Source: a candidate division FCPU426 bacterium
GTDB lineage: Bacteria; Oederibacteriota; Muellerivitia; Muellerivitales; Muellerivitaceae
Assembly: GCA_963738405.1 (NCBI GenBank)
Contig: CAVTWJ010000001.1
Location: 1-64,000, forward strand
Direction of reading: 5' to 3'
Length of the DNA stretch: 64,000 nucleotides
The stretch's first letter is position 1. Each line of letters begins with the position of its first letter. Shown here piece after piece: positions 30,027-40,049 of this stretch. Under the pieces are notes generated by a model. It saw only the letters and a list, made by a program, of their open reading frames with translations, made no database searches and had not been told where the DNA came from. The translations under genes and the position numbers were made by a program.

Positions 30027-30043
30027 TCGAGTCATTCCAGCTC

Positions 30044-30532
30044 ATGAACCTCAAGAACCAAAGGGGACCCGACTTGCCAGATTCCATCAAAGAACGCCGG
30101 GCTGAGATAGAGGCTTTCAGCCATTACCTTCGGGAAAAGGACCTGAAGTTGACTTCCCAGCGGGAAATGATCCTAACCGTTTTCCTGGATTATCCCGGGC
30201 ATATTTCCGCGGAGGAACTTTTCCAGCGGGCGCGGGAAAAACAACCCAGGGTCGGATTCGCCACGGTGTACCGCACCCTTAAACACCTGACGAGCTGCGG
30301 GCTTGCCCGGGAGTTGGATTTTGGGGAAGGCAGGGTAAAATACGAACCGGAGTTCAACCGCCAGCACCATGACCATATGATTTGCACCTCATGCGGTACT
30401 TACATCGAATTCCTTAACCCCCAGATTGAGGAATTGCAGGAACAGGTCAGCAAGAAGCATGGTTTTAAGATCACGTCCCATCGAATGCAGCTTTACGGCG
30501 TTTGTCAAAAATGCCAAAAACCAGCCAAGTAA
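30044..30532 (+). CDS. fur: Fur family transcriptional regulator
   Basis: TSQR, HISAEEL, ATVYRTL, HHDHMICTSCG, CQKC. Confidence 0.9.
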   Translation: MNLKNQRGPDLPDSIKERRAEIEAFSHYLREKDLKLTSQREMILTVFLDYPGHISAEELFQRAREKQPRVGFATVYRTLKHLTSCGLARELDFGEGRVKYEPEFNRQHHDHMICTSCGTYIEFLNPQIEELQEQVSKKHGFKITSHRMQLYGVCQKCQKPAK

Positions 30533-30563
30533 TTTCTCGTCAATCCAAGTTGAGGAGTCAGCC

Positions 30564-31043
30564 ATGGTAGATTTCCTTGTATCGCGCGCCACACGCGACA
30601 GACTGCAGGGGGAGCTCATAGGTCTCAAGACCATACGCCGTCCCCAGGTGGCAAGGGCGCTGGAAGAAGCCCGCGCCCACGGCGATTTGAAAGAAAACGC
30701 GGAATATGACGCCGCCAAGCAGGAGCAAAGCCTTCTGGAAGCCCGCATCCGCGAGCTGGAGGACAAGCTCTCCCGCACCCGCCTGTTGGAGGATGAAAAC
30801 ATCACCGGCGAGCATGTTTCCATCGGGACTGCGGTCACGGTGAAAGACCTCAAAAGCGGCGGGACTGAAATTTACCGTCTCGTGGGCGAGGAAGAGGCGG
30901 ATATACCCAACAACAAAATCTCCATCCGTACGCCGATTGCCCGGGGCATGATCGGCAAAAAGGTCGGGGAAAAGGTGGATATCACCGTTCCAGCGGGTGT
31001 CTTGAAATACCAGATCATGAAGATCGAGGTTTCGGTCGAATAG
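30564..31043 (+). CDS. greA: Transcription elongation factor GreA
   Basis: ARAHGDLKENAEYDAAK, ISIRTPIARGMIGK; GAGGAG SD. Confidence 0.95.
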   Translation: MVDFLVSRATRDRLQGELIGLKTIRRPQVARALEEARAHGDLKENAEYDAAKQEQSLLEARIRELEDKLSRTRLLEDENITGEHVSIGTAVTVKDLKSGGTEIYRLVGEEEADIPNNKISIRTPIARGMIGKKVGEKVDITVPAGVLKYQIMKIEVSVE

Positions 31044-31097
31044 CCTTATCTTGACTTTGAAAAGGGAGAGCCGTTAAACTCACCTCACAACTGAATA

Positions 31098-31226
31098 CTC
31101 TTATCAAGAGTGGCGGAGGGACAGGCCCTGTGATGCCACGGCAACCGATGCCCGGGTGAAAATCCGGGGATGCCAGGTGCCAATTCCTGCCTCGGTGAAT
31201 AACCAAAAACCGGGCGAAGATGAGAG
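31098..31226 (+). ncRNA. SAM-I (S-box) riboswitch aptamer
   Basis: CTCTTATCAAGAG-TGGCGGAGGGACAGGCCCTGTGATGCCACGGCAACC...GGTGCCAATTCC...GATGAGAG with P1 closing. Confidence 0.95.
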
Positions 31227-31245
31227 ATGGAAAAGCAAGAAACCG

Positions 31246-31278
31246 AAGGCTTCCATCTCACCGATGGAGGCCTTTTTT
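31246..31278 (+). terminator. Riboswitch-controlled intrinsic terminator
   Basis: AAGGCTTCCATC-tcacc-GATGGAGGCCTT-TTTT; TTCCATCTC can instead pair with GAGATGGAA at the P1 3' strand (antiterminator). Confidence 0.88.
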
Positions 31279-31385
31279 GTTAAGGCAATCAAAATATTGT
31301 AACCCCACGGTTCCTCCGGAACCTTTGGGGTCGCAGGCTTCTTTGAAGACTTTTTACATTTTGTCAGCCTGCAAGGGGAGAAACC

Positions 31386-32615
31386 ATGAGTTACGTGAAG
31401 TCGCTCAAATGCCGGGAATGCGGTCAGGAATACGAGAAAACCGCCAAATATGTCTGCGAGTTTTGTTTCGGGCCCTTGGAAGCGGCCTACGACTATGACC
31501 TGATCAAGCGTGATATTTCCCGGGAAAAAATCGCCGCTCGGGCGCTGAATATTTGGCGCTACCGCGAGCTTTTGCCGGTCGAGGGCACGGTTTACAACAC
31601 ATTGGAAGAGGGTTATACCCCCCTCTTGAAGGCCGAGCGTTTGGCCAAGGAACTGGGTCTCAAAAACCTTTACATCAAGAACGATTGCGCCAACCCCACC
31701 CATTCTTTCAAGGATCGGGTTGTGGCGGTGGCTTCCACCCGCGCCCTGGAACTGGGTTTTGACACGCTCTCTTGTGCTTCCACCGGCAACCTGGCCAACG
31801 CGGTGGCGGCCTACGGCGCCCGGGGCGGCATGAAGCGCTATGTATTTATTCCCTCCAACCTGGAAAAGGGAAAGGTCATCGGCGCCCTGATTTACGATCC
31901 TATCTTGATTGGGGTTAACGGCAATTATGATGACGTGAACCGGCTTTGCAGCGAAATCGCCGGCAAGTACAAGTGGGCTTTCGTGAACATCAACATGAGG
32001 CCCTATTACGCGGAAGGGTCCAAGACCCTGGGGTTTGAGACCTGCGAGCAGTTGGGCTGGAAGATGCCCGAACAGGTGGTGGTGCCGGTGGCTTCCGGGT
32101 CGCTCCTGACTAAAATTTGGAAAGGCACCCAGGAATTCGTGAAAGTGGGGCTGATCCAACAAGGGAAAATGAGGGTCTTTGGGGCCCAGGCCGAGGGCTG
32201 TTCCCCCGTGACCACGGCCTTTAAGAACAAGACCGATACCTTCAAGCCGGTCAAACCCAATACCATCGCCAAGTCGCTCGCCATCGGCAATCCGGCGGAC
32301 GGCTATTACGCCTTGAAGACCATCGCAGAGTCGGGAGGCGCCGCTGAAATGGCCTCGGACCCGGAAATTATTGAAGGAATCAAGCTTTTGGCCCGCACCG
32401 AAGGCATATTCGCCGAAACCGCCGGCGGTGTCACCATCGCCTGCCTGAAGAAACTGGCCGAATCGGGCCAGCTCGATAAAAACGCCCTCACTGTGGCTTA
32501 CATTACGGGTACGGGTTTGAAAACCCAGGAAGCGGTGGCGGACAGTTTGGGAGAAGTGAAAGTGATCCAGCCGAATTTGGAAGCTTTCGAGGCCAGCCAG
32601 TTGGTAAGGGCCTAA
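31386..32615 (+). CDS. thrC: Threonine-synthase-like PLP enzyme with N-terminal Zn ribbon (ThrC2 type)
   Basis: CRECG...CEFC, NPTHSFKDR, ASTGNLA, RPYYAEGSKT, ETAGG; downstream of SAM-I. Confidence 0.88.
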   Translation: MSYVKSLKCRECGQEYEKTAKYVCEFCFGPLEAAYDYDLIKRDISREKIAARALNIWRYRELLPVEGTVYNTLEEGYTPLLKAERLAKELGLKNLYIKNDCANPTHSFKDRVVAVASTRALELGFDTLSCASTGNLANAVAAYGARGGMKRYVFIPSNLEKGKVIGALIYDPILIGVNGNYDDVNRLCSEIAGKYKWAFVNINMRPYYAEGSKTLGFETCEQLGWKMPEQVVVPVASGSLLTKIWKGTQEFVKVGLIQQGKMRVFGAQAEGCSPVTTAFKNKTDTFKPVKPNTIAKSLAIGNPADGYYALKTIAESGGAAEMASDPEIIEGIKLLARTEGIFAETAGGVTIACLKKLAESGQLDKNALTVAYITGTGLKTQEAVADSLGEVKVIQPNLEAFEASQLVRA

Positions 32616-33478
32616 AAGGGAACCAAGTTCCTTCCACAGTCATGGCACAGGCCTTTTTCGATCGTGTATTGAATCTCGCATCTCGGGCAGTAGCTTTGGT
32701 GCGAGGGGTGGGTGGGGGCGGGCGATGCCAAGCTCGCCTGATAGGTCAATCCGATTTGCGCCATCCAAAGGGTCAGGGCCTTCAGTTCTTTTTCTGGGCT
32801 GTTAGTCAGCAGAAGATGAGGTTCTTTTTTATCCCGTGACGATACGGCGGGATATTTGAGTTCCAACAACCAGCGCCTGAAAAATTTGTTTCTTTCTTCC
32901 TCCTCCAAAAGAATCTTTCCAACCGCAAAGGGATGAAAATCCACAAAAAGTTCCGCTCCCAGCAGATCCATGGCCCGGGAAGACTGCCAAGGCGAGAAAA
33001 GGCAGAGAAAAAGGCATTTCCACCGCGCTTTTTCTTGGTCAGGGTAAAGGACTTTGTGGGCTGTCCATAAGGATTGGATGAGAGCAATGTGCAAGTAAAG
33101 GAAACCGCAGAAGAGAAGAAACCATACCGGGCCAGATCCCAAACGAAACTCATAGATGAAGATGGCCAAAGTCACCACCAGCAACAAACACCTGGAAAAC
33201 CAAAAGAGATCCTCCGTCTTTTGACGATAAAGGTCTAAACGAGATTGAGCTTTCTCCCATTGGAGGCTTTTTCCCAAGGGCGGGGCGGTGCCCGGCGGGG
33301 GAAAGCGGTAGGCGAAACCCTGGGGATAGGGATTCCTGAAACCTAAGGCGGGCCCACGGGTAAGTCTGAAGCGTTTGTAATGGGAAAGCATCAGCCACCC
33401 CCCCGCCGGGAGGGGAATCACGCACTCGCTTAAATAGAGGGCGGCGGCGATGAAAACGAAGAGATGAAAGTGGATCAA
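32612..33478 (-). CDS. Hypothetical membrane protein with C-terminal Zn-ribbon-like motif
   Basis: Several TMs; YCPRC...CHDC. Confidence 0.75.
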   Translation of the reverse strand: MIHFHLFVFIAAALYLSECVIPLPAGGWLMLSHYKRFRLTRGPALGFRNPYPQGFAYRFPPPGTAPPLGKSLQWEKAQSRLDLYRQKTEDLFWFSRCLLLVVTLAIFIYEFRLGSGPVWFLLFCGFLYLHIALIQSLWTAHKVLYPDQEKARWKCLFLCLFSPWQSSRAMDLLGAELFVDFHPFAVGKILLEEEERNKFFRRWLLELKYPAVSSRDKKEPHLLLTNSPEKELKALTLWMAQIGLTYQASLASPAPTHPSHQSYCPRCEIQYTIEKGLCHDCGRNLVPF

Positions 33479-33509
33479 GAAGGCCCCTTAACGGAGCTTC
33501 CGGCCGGAA

Positions 33510-34400
33510 TTATTTAATAACCGCCGGAGGCTGGGAATCATCCCCTTCGCCGGAAATGGTCCCTTTTTTGCCTCCTCCGAACAGCCTTTTGAAAAACCTC
33601 GAAACGACCGCCAAACCCGCCACCACCAAGGCCCAAGCCTTGGCAAGAAAGGGGAGTATCAGGGCCCAAAGTTTGCCGAGGATTCCGGACTTGGCCGCCA
33701 GGGCTCCCGCTCCGCCAACCACCAGGGCCGCGAGCCCGTATTCGGCCACCTTGTCGCCGGTGGTCCATTCGGCGTATTTGTTGCCGGTGGTGAAATCGAA
33801 GCCGCCGATGTCGTTATTGAAACGCCCCAAAACTGCGGTCATATCGGCGGAATTGGGAACCAGGGTCACCACCATCACGCCCTTGCGCCCCAAAATCTTG
33901 GTGCTGTAATTGACGAATTCCTCGCCTTTTTCCTTCAGTCTCTCGGCCCACTCCAGCCGGTGATTGTCCGGGTTGTACTGGGGCTTCAGTTCCCAACCCA
34001 CCAGGTCCATGGCGTCCCACCCCTTTTGCGCCCTTTCCTTGTTCGCTTCCTTGTTGTTGTCCAGCATGGTCTGCCACATCGCGTCGGCATCCAGCTTTTC
34101 CTTGTCCGCGTCCTTGATGTAGCCGACATCGTCGAAACTAAAGAGGGCCATATAGCCGGATTTTTCATCCTGGGAATAGAGCACGCCCAGGTCGTTATCC
34201 GAATAGAAGTTATGGGTTTGATCCATGAATGCCTTCATGTCCTTTTGTTGGATAAAGACATAACCGGCGGGAACCTTCACTTCGCCGATGTCACCCAATT
34301 TCCCGGTGGTGGGCCCTTTGAGGGGCTGAATTTCAGCGAAGAGGGAAGTGGTCGAGAGCAGGAGCAGGAGGCAGAGCGGGAAGCACAAAGAAATTTTCAT
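33510..34400 (-). CDS. DUF2167 family membrane-anchored protein
   Basis: Signal peptide; GYIKD, LVGW..P.Y, VNYSTKILGRKG, GDKVAEYGLAALVVGG. Confidence 0.88.
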   Translation of the reverse strand: MKISLCFPLCLLLLLSTTSLFAEIQPLKGPTTGKLGDIGEVKVPAGYVFIQQKDMKAFMDQTHNFYSDNDLGVLYSQDEKSGYMALFSFDDVGYIKDADKEKLDADAMWQTMLDNNKEANKERAQKGWDAMDLVGWELKPQYNPDNHRLEWAERLKEKGEEFVNYSTKILGRKGVMVVTLVPNSADMTAVLGRFNNDIGGFDFTTGNKYAEWTTGDKVAEYGLAALVVGGAGALAAKSGILGKLWALILPFLAKAWALVVAGLAVVSRFFKRLFGGGKKGTISGEGDDSQPPAVIK

Positions 34401-34498
34401 GATCAATCCTTCTGGTTTGATGGCCAAGCGCGGACAGTATAGAAGAAACGGCTCGAAATCTTCATCAGGTCTTTTAACGATTCCAACAAAACCTATTC

Positions 34499-34614
34499 TT
34501 TCACCACCAAGACACCAAGGCACCAAGAACTACATTAGACAAATAAGTGAAAAACGATGTAAATCCGAATCGATTTTTAGTTTTTCTTGGTGACTTGGTG
34601 TCTTGGTGGTGAAA
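34499..34614. repeat. REP/MITE-like inverted-repeat element, copy 1
   Basis: 31-bp arms TTTCACCACCAAGACACCAAGGCACCAAGAA / TTCTTGGTGACTTGGTGTCTTGGTGGTGAAA (1 mismatch) around an AT-rich core. Confidence 0.85.
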
Positions 34615-34647
34615 ATGGTATTTTCTTTTAAGTTTTGTAATAGTTTC

Positions 34648-35634
34648 TTAGTCTTTATTGACCATTTTGGCCATCATTTCGCCGTAACGCTCCCCTTGCA
34701 CCTTGAACGAAGCGAGGATTTTTTCCACCTCGGCAAAATCCCCGTCGGTCAGGGGCAGGTTTGTCGCAGAGGCGTTTTCCTCCAAATGCTTTACTTGGGT
34801 TGTGCCGGGGATAGGCACCACATCGGCACCCTTTCTTAACAGCCAAGCTAAGGCCACTTGGGAAGGAGTGGCCTGGTGCTTCGCCCCGATTTTTCGAACC
34901 TCATCGACTAGGCGGATATTGGCTTTAAAGTTTTCACCCTGAAAACGCGGAAGGTTTCGGCGCATGTCGCCCTCGGCCAAGTCCTCGTAACGCTGGATCG
35001 AACCCGTCAGGAAGCCCCGCCCCACCGGGCTGAAGGGCACAAGCCCGATCTTGAGTTCCCGCAAAACCGGAATAATCTTGTCCTCCAGGCCTGTCTCCCA
35101 AAGGGAATACTCGCTTTGCAAGGCTGTGATAGGGTGAACCGCATGCGCCCGCCGAAGGGTATTGGGGCCGACCTCGCTCAGGCCGATATAGTTCACTTTG
35201 CCCTCCTTCACCAGTTGGGCCATGCCCTCAATGGTTTCCTCGATGGGCACCTTGGGATCCGCCCGGTGTAAATAAAGAAGGTCAATGTAATGGGTTTGAA
35301 GACGCAGGAGCGAGCCTTCCACAGCCCTGCGGGCGTTTTGCGGGGAACCGTCAAGGTTTTCAACCCCGGTCATTCCGCCCTTCCAAGCGAACTTGGTGGC
35401 CACCACCACCTCTTTGCGCCTTCCCGCCATAGCCTTTCCCAATAGTTCCTCATTCTTGAAAGGACCGTAAGCTTCGGCGGTGTCCCAAAAGTTGATGCCC
35501 AGTTCTAAAGACCGGTGAAGGGTTTTTATGGATTCCCCCTCGTCAGCCTTGCCATAGGCAAAGCTCATGCCCATACAGCCCAGTCCAAGAGCAGATACTT
35601 CCAAACCCTGATTTCCAAGTTTGCGCTTGTCCAT
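34648..35634 (-). CDS. Aldo/keto reductase
   Basis: LGLGCMGMS, WDTAEAYG, ATKF, YLHRADP, LQSEYSLW, PIPGT. Confidence 0.96.
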   Translation of the reverse strand: MDKRKLGNQGLEVSALGLGCMGMSFAYGKADEGESIKTLHRSLELGINFWDTAEAYGPFKNEELLGKAMAGRRKEVVVATKFAWKGGMTGVENLDGSPQNARRAVEGSLLRLQTHYIDLLYLHRADPKVPIEETIEGMAQLVKEGKVNYIGLSEVGPNTLRRAHAVHPITALQSEYSLWETGLEDKIIPVLRELKIGLVPFSPVGRGFLTGSIQRYEDLAEGDMRRNLPRFQGENFKANIRLVDEVRKIGAKHQATPSQVALAWLLRKGADVVPIPGTTQVKHLEENASATNLPLTDGDFAEVEKILASFKVQGERYGEMMAKMVNKD

Positions 35635-35742
35635 TGTTTTTCTGCCTCTTTGTTGAATAGAGTACATCAGCATTCAGACACTTCATTTTGATGGTTTGAA
35701 ACCTAGATTCCAAGTGGTTCAAAAGCACAAGGAGGCCGGGCC

Positions 35743-36489
35743 ATGAAATTAACGGGACGCACGATTCTGATTACAGGCGGGGGTTCGGGCATTGGGGGCG
35801 GGCTGGCAGAGGCTTTTCACGAGAAGGGCAACAAGGTTATTATCACGGGCCGTCGTCCCAAGGTTTTGAAGGAAATGACCCAAAAACATAAGGGCATGGA
35901 AGCCTTCGCCATGGACGTGTCGTCCGAAACCGATGTTCAAAGGCTTTTTAAAGTCGTCTCCAAAAAATTTCCGACCCTGGATGTGGTCGTTAATAACGCC
36001 GGGTTGATGTTGTGGCCCGATTTCGCGCTTCATCAAAGGCTGGGGCCGACACTTTATGATGAAATTGATATCAACCTGAAAGGTTTGATCCGAGTCACGG
36101 CGGCCTTTTTGCCCCTCTTGACCAAACAAAAAGAGGCGACGCTGGTCAACGTCAGTTCTGGTCTGGCTTTTGTGCCCCTGGCTGGCACCCCCATCTATTG
36201 CGCTACCAAAGCGGCGGTGCACAGCTTTTCGGATTCGCTTCGCCATCAGCTTCGAAAGACCTCGGTTGAAGTCATCGAATTGGCTCCGCCTGCGGTTAAA
36301 ACCGAACTGGGCGAGGCGCCTGGGCAACCTAGCCGGGATTATCCCCGAATGCCGCTGGACCCATTTATCACTGAAACCATGAAGGCTTTGGGGTCGGGAA
36401 AGAAAGAACTTTTGATCGGCGCCGCCAAATTTTTGAAAACAGGCTCCCGATTCTTTCCAGGCAGGGTCTTCAAAATGCTGAATCCCTGA
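35743..36489 (+). CDS. Short-chain dehydrogenase (DltE-like)
   Basis: TGGGSGIG, NNAG, SSGLAFVP, YCATK. Confidence 0.94.
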   Translation: MKLTGRTILITGGGSGIGGGLAEAFHEKGNKVIITGRRPKVLKEMTQKHKGMEAFAMDVSSETDVQRLFKVVSKKFPTLDVVVNNAGLMLWPDFALHQRLGPTLYDEIDINLKGLIRVTAAFLPLLTKQKEATLVNVSSGLAFVPLAGTPIYCATKAAVHSFSDSLRHQLRKTSVEVIELAPPAVKTELGEAPGQPSRDYPRMPLDPFITETMKALGSGKKELLIGAAKFLKTGSRFFPGRVFKMLNP

Positions 36490-36689
36490 TTGGGCCGTTG
36501 TTGGCGCCAAAGCCGCAAAGGTGTTGCGGTTATCGCTTTGCTGATTCCATGTAAGCGTAGCCGATAGGCTATTACGGCCCTTCCTCCAACCCCTCAGCGT
36601 CTATATCTTCGTAACTGGAAAAGGATGACGAGTCATTGAAATTATGTCCTTTAAAACCAGGTGTCTGAACCATTTCAGGAGGAACAAAG

Positions 36690-37271
36690 ATGAATAAGAG
36701 ACTTTGGCTGGCAAGTTTGTTTGCAGGCGCTTTGGTAGGCTCTACGGTGATGCTCTATGCCGACGAAGCCAAGAACCAAGCGGGGGATGGCGGGCAAGTC
36801 GCGACCGATAACGCTCCCCAGGGCGGGGATGAAGGCGGGCACCATGGAATGGGTCTGGAAAAAATGAAGGAGAAATTGGGCCTTACGGACGATCAGGCAA
36901 CCCAGATGAAAGCCCTGTTCAAGTCTCGGATGGATTCGGGAAAGACCTTGAGGGACCAGATGAAGGTGGATTTGGACATCTTGAAGCAAAAGGTAGATGC
37001 CAAGGCTTCCAATGGTGATTTGAAAAGCGCCCTAGACACCCTTTCCGCTGACAAGAAGGCGATGGATAAGAACCGCCAGAGGATGGAAGATCAGGTTCGT
37101 CAAATTCTCACCCCCATGCAACAGGCTAAATTGGTTCTCAGCATGCAGGAGAGGGGCGGGGAAATGATGAAAAAGTGGATGAAACATCGTAAAGACGGCA
37201 AAGACGGCATGGATAAAGATGGAGATAACGATAGAGGCGATTCGGGTAACCCTCCTCCCGCCGCTAACTAA
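36690..37271 (+). CDS. Spy/CpxP family periplasmic protein
   Basis: Signal peptide; LGLTDDQ and ILTPMQQ (LTxxQ motifs). Confidence 0.85.
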   Translation: MNKRLWLASLFAGALVGSTVMLYADEAKNQAGDGGQVATDNAPQGGDEGGHHGMGLEKMKEKLGLTDDQATQMKALFKSRMDSGKTLRDQMKVDLDILKQKVDAKASNGDLKSALDTLSADKKAMDKNRQRMEDQVRQILTPMQQAKLVLSMQERGGEMMKKWMKHRKDGKDGMDKDGDNDRGDSGNPPPAAN

Positions 37272-37298
37272 ACTTTCACACAACAAAAGACTTTCCTC

Positions 37299-37336
37299 AA
37301 AGCGCCTGGGTTCACCGCCCAGGCGCTTTTTTTATT
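37299..37336 (+). terminator. Intrinsic terminator
   Basis: AAAGCGCCTGGG-7 nt-CCCAGGCGCTTT followed by a T run. Confidence 0.85.
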
Positions 37337-37385
37337 TTCCTGAACAAGTAGGGATAGATAATGTTGGTACTCTTATTTTTGAGAC

Positions 37386-38618
37386 GTGGTTTTATCCTCT
37401 TTAATCCAAAGGCTTTCCGTGAACGGTGGTTCAATAAAAGGTTGTGGAAGAAACCTCTGCTCGCTATTGCTTTTATTTCTGCTTTTTCCGCTCGTGCTTT
37501 TAACCCAAGGCTGTACCCTTTTGTTCGTGGCCAAGGGTCAAACCCGGTACATCGAAAACAAAACCGCTCAGGTTCCACCCGCTGTTTCGCAATCCGCCCA
37601 AATGAGCAAGACCGTCGTTTTGAGGTATAAGGTCCAGGAAGGCGACAGCTTTCAATCGATCGCGGTTCTTTATTACGGGCAGGCGGCCCAAGCGGCTAAG
37701 ATCGCCTCCGCCAACCACATGACTTTGAAGTCTAAGCTAAAAGTGGGAAAGTTATTGCGGATTGTGGACCCGGTTAATTTTCCAAGTCCCAAGGACCTGA
37801 CGAGGTTAAAGACCGGGGCAGGTACCGAAACCCCAACCCCTGAGCCGGGACCCATTTCCCATCTGGATACTACCCCCGAAAATATAACCCAGGTTCCAAG
37901 GCCCAGGGTCAACGGGGCTTTCGGGGCGGGGGAAAAGCTCACTTTTGAAGTTAAAGCCCTCTCGATGGTTGGGGGCTATGGTGTTTTAGAAGTTGGGGAC
38001 TCGGTCATGGTTCGGGGGCGCCCCTGTTTTCCGCTTTCCGCCAGGGCCTCCACGGTTTTTCCCTTCAGCGCCTTTTTCCAGGTGCATGACGTTCAAACCA
38101 GCTATTTCGACACCGTGGATTTCGTTCCCTGGAAATTCGAAAATGACCTATTGGAAGGAAAGCATCAGGGCCAAAACTTGGAGTTGTACGACCAGGTCCG
38201 CCATAAGGCTGTCCGGGCCAAGGGCGGTGAACCGCCTGAAGAAATGGATGTGGCGCCTTTCTCGCAAGATATTATTTCCTGCTTTTACTACTTCCGCCTT
38301 CTACCCCTGGAGGTTGGGAAGAATTATTCCATCCCCGCCCAGGCCGCGGGAAAAAACTATAATCTGATCGTGGAAGTCATTAAAAAGGACCATGTGACCG
38401 TTCCTTCCGGTACCTATGACTGCCTGCTGGTGAAACCCCATGTGCGTTACGCCACGGTTTTTCGCAACACGGACGATATCGATATTTGGCTCACCGACGA
38501 CGAGAGACATTTGCCCGTGTTGGTCCGCAGCAAAATATTTATTGGAAGCGTGGAAGCGGCCCTCATTAGCGCTAACTTGCCGAAATTTGAGGGTAATGAT
38601 AAAAAGGCCGGGCTCTAA
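37386..38618 (+). CDS. LysM + DUF3108-like lipoprotein (true start probably somewhat downstream)
   Basis: Lipobox LTQGC; LysM YKVQEGDSFQSIA; GEKLTFEV...IWLTDDERHLPV. Confidence 0.8.
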   Translation: MVLSSLIQRLSVNGGSIKGCGRNLCSLLLLFLLFPLVLLTQGCTLLFVAKGQTRYIENKTAQVPPAVSQSAQMSKTVVLRYKVQEGDSFQSIAVLYYGQAAQAAKIASANHMTLKSKLKVGKLLRIVDPVNFPSPKDLTRLKTGAGTETPTPEPGPISHLDTTPENITQVPRPRVNGAFGAGEKLTFEVKALSMVGGYGVLEVGDSVMVRGRPCFPLSARASTVFPFSAFFQVHDVQTSYFDTVDFVPWKFENDLLEGKHQGQNLELYDQVRHKAVRAKGGEPPEEMDVAPFSQDIISCFYYFRLLPLEVGKNYSIPAQAAGKNYNLIVEVIKKDHVTVPSGTYDCLLVKPHVRYATVFRNTDDIDIWLTDDERHLPVLVRSKIFIGSVEAALISANLPKFEGNDKKAGL

Positions 38619-38659
38619 AGGGACAGGGAAGTTGCCAGTGAAAAGGGGAGAGCTAAACC

Positions 38660-39226
38660 TTGAAAAGGAATATATTTCTGGCGGTGTTGCTGGCCTTGTT
38701 TAGCTTGGAAAAAGCCTGCGCCGAGGGGCCCTTGGTTTCCTCAATGCCCGCTCAGCCTATCGAGACCCATATGGACCTGGGGTTATTTGGCCTCTTGGGC
38801 GGGTCCATGGAATATTCCGTTGATAGCAAGAAAATCACGCGTTATGAGGATTTTAAATTCTACATTTATCCCATCCGAGACGCTGAAGCCTCCCAACTGA
38901 TCCGTGAGGCTGAAGCGGATCACTTTGCGGCTGAAATGTTTTATGGTTCCGGCATTGTCTGCGGTTTGGATGTAGCCTTGTTTTTAAATCCGACGCCCTT
39001 TGTTCATGTCGATTGGATCGACCGGATTGGGACAGGGGTTTTTGTGGCTCAGCTTTTCGTGGCCGTCGGCGCTCTCTTTGACACGAACGGGGAAGGGCGT
39101 AAATACAACGCGGTTCAGCGCTACAACCATTTGGCCCTCGAAAAAAAAGAGACGTTCCTGGGGCTCACTCCTCAAGTTGACCTGGGTCAAAAGAGCCCTG
39201 AATTTGTCCTGTCAAAAACCTTTTAA
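38660..39226 (+). CDS. Hypothetical exported/membrane protein
   Basis: Signal peptide, two hydrophobic segments, NAVQRYN; GGGGAG SD. Confidence 0.7.
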   Translation: MKRNIFLAVLLALFSLEKACAEGPLVSSMPAQPIETHMDLGLFGLLGGSMEYSVDSKKITRYEDFKFYIYPIRDAEASQLIREAEADHFAAEMFYGSGIVCGLDVALFLNPTPFVHVDWIDRIGTGVFVAQLFVAVGALFDTNGEGRKYNAVQRYNHLALEKKETFLGLTPQVDLGQKSPEFVLSKTF

Positions 39227-39312
39227 TTCAAACCCTTCTGTCGAATATTTTTACAAGGTGTGATAATGATGGCGTGGCAGTCCCAGACGAACCGCAAGGA
39301 TAATGACACCCC

Positions 39313-39927
39313 ATGCTTAAACAACTCGCGGCGGCGCTGCTGATGCTGGTTTGGTTTTTGTCGGTCAGCTATCTCGCCATTCTCACCAACTGGTTTCAGG
39401 AAGGCCTCTCCCTAGAAGCGTCCATGGTCGCGACTCCCCTTTTTATTAACGCGGCATTGACCACCTTTTTGACGGTTTGGGCCTACTTTTCCCAAAGCAA
39501 GGTCCTTTTATGGATGGGTTTTTTAGCCGCCATCATTGGGGGCGGTTTTGTGGTCCACAGGCAAATGGTGGTCTTTGGCGAAATGCCGTCTTTGAATATG
39601 AACCAAGTCAGCAAAAGCCCGGTGGGGGTGCTTCAAACCCAAAAGGGCGAAGTGGATTACTGGATAGAGCTCAAAAACCCTTTTACGACGGGCCATGCGG
39701 AATTTTTGATGATCAAACAGGGAAGCGACTACCACACAGTCACGGTCCCGATCTTCAATGGGCCCACGAGGGGTTATGCCGAAGCGGCCAAGGTGGAAGA
39801 CTGGGGCAAATTAGCGCCTACCGCCAAGCCCGATCTATTCATCTTTACGGTCAATAAAAGTCTCTCTTCCGCGGGGCGCTTTAGGGTGAATTTGAAGACC
39901 GAAAAAGCCGTGAAGATGAGGTCTTGA
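39313..39927 (+). CDS. Hypothetical membrane protein
   Basis: Three N-terminal TMs and a soluble C-terminal domain. Confidence 0.72.
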   Translation: MLKQLAAALLMLVWFLSVSYLAILTNWFQEGLSLEASMVATPLFINAALTTFLTVWAYFSQSKVLLWMGFLAAIIGGGFVVHRQMVVFGEMPSLNMNQVSKSPVGVLQTQKGEVDYWIELKNPFTTGHAEFLMIKQGSDYHTVTVPIFNGPTRGYAEAAKVEDWGKLAPTAKPDLFIFTVNKSLSSAGRFRVNLKTEKAVKMRS

Positions 39928-40049
39928 GGGGGCGGATTTAGTTATTTTCTTCCCCTCAACGTAACATTTCCGCGTTTCCCGCAGTATGTTAAACAGATTA
40001 TATTTTCCGTTTCTCATTCGCAGAACCACACCATCCCCAGGGGGAAAAA

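Noticed and set aside
31104..32162. 352-aa minus-strand ORF
   Set aside because: Antisense shadow of the ThrC2 gene and the SAM-I riboswitch; no recognisable motifs
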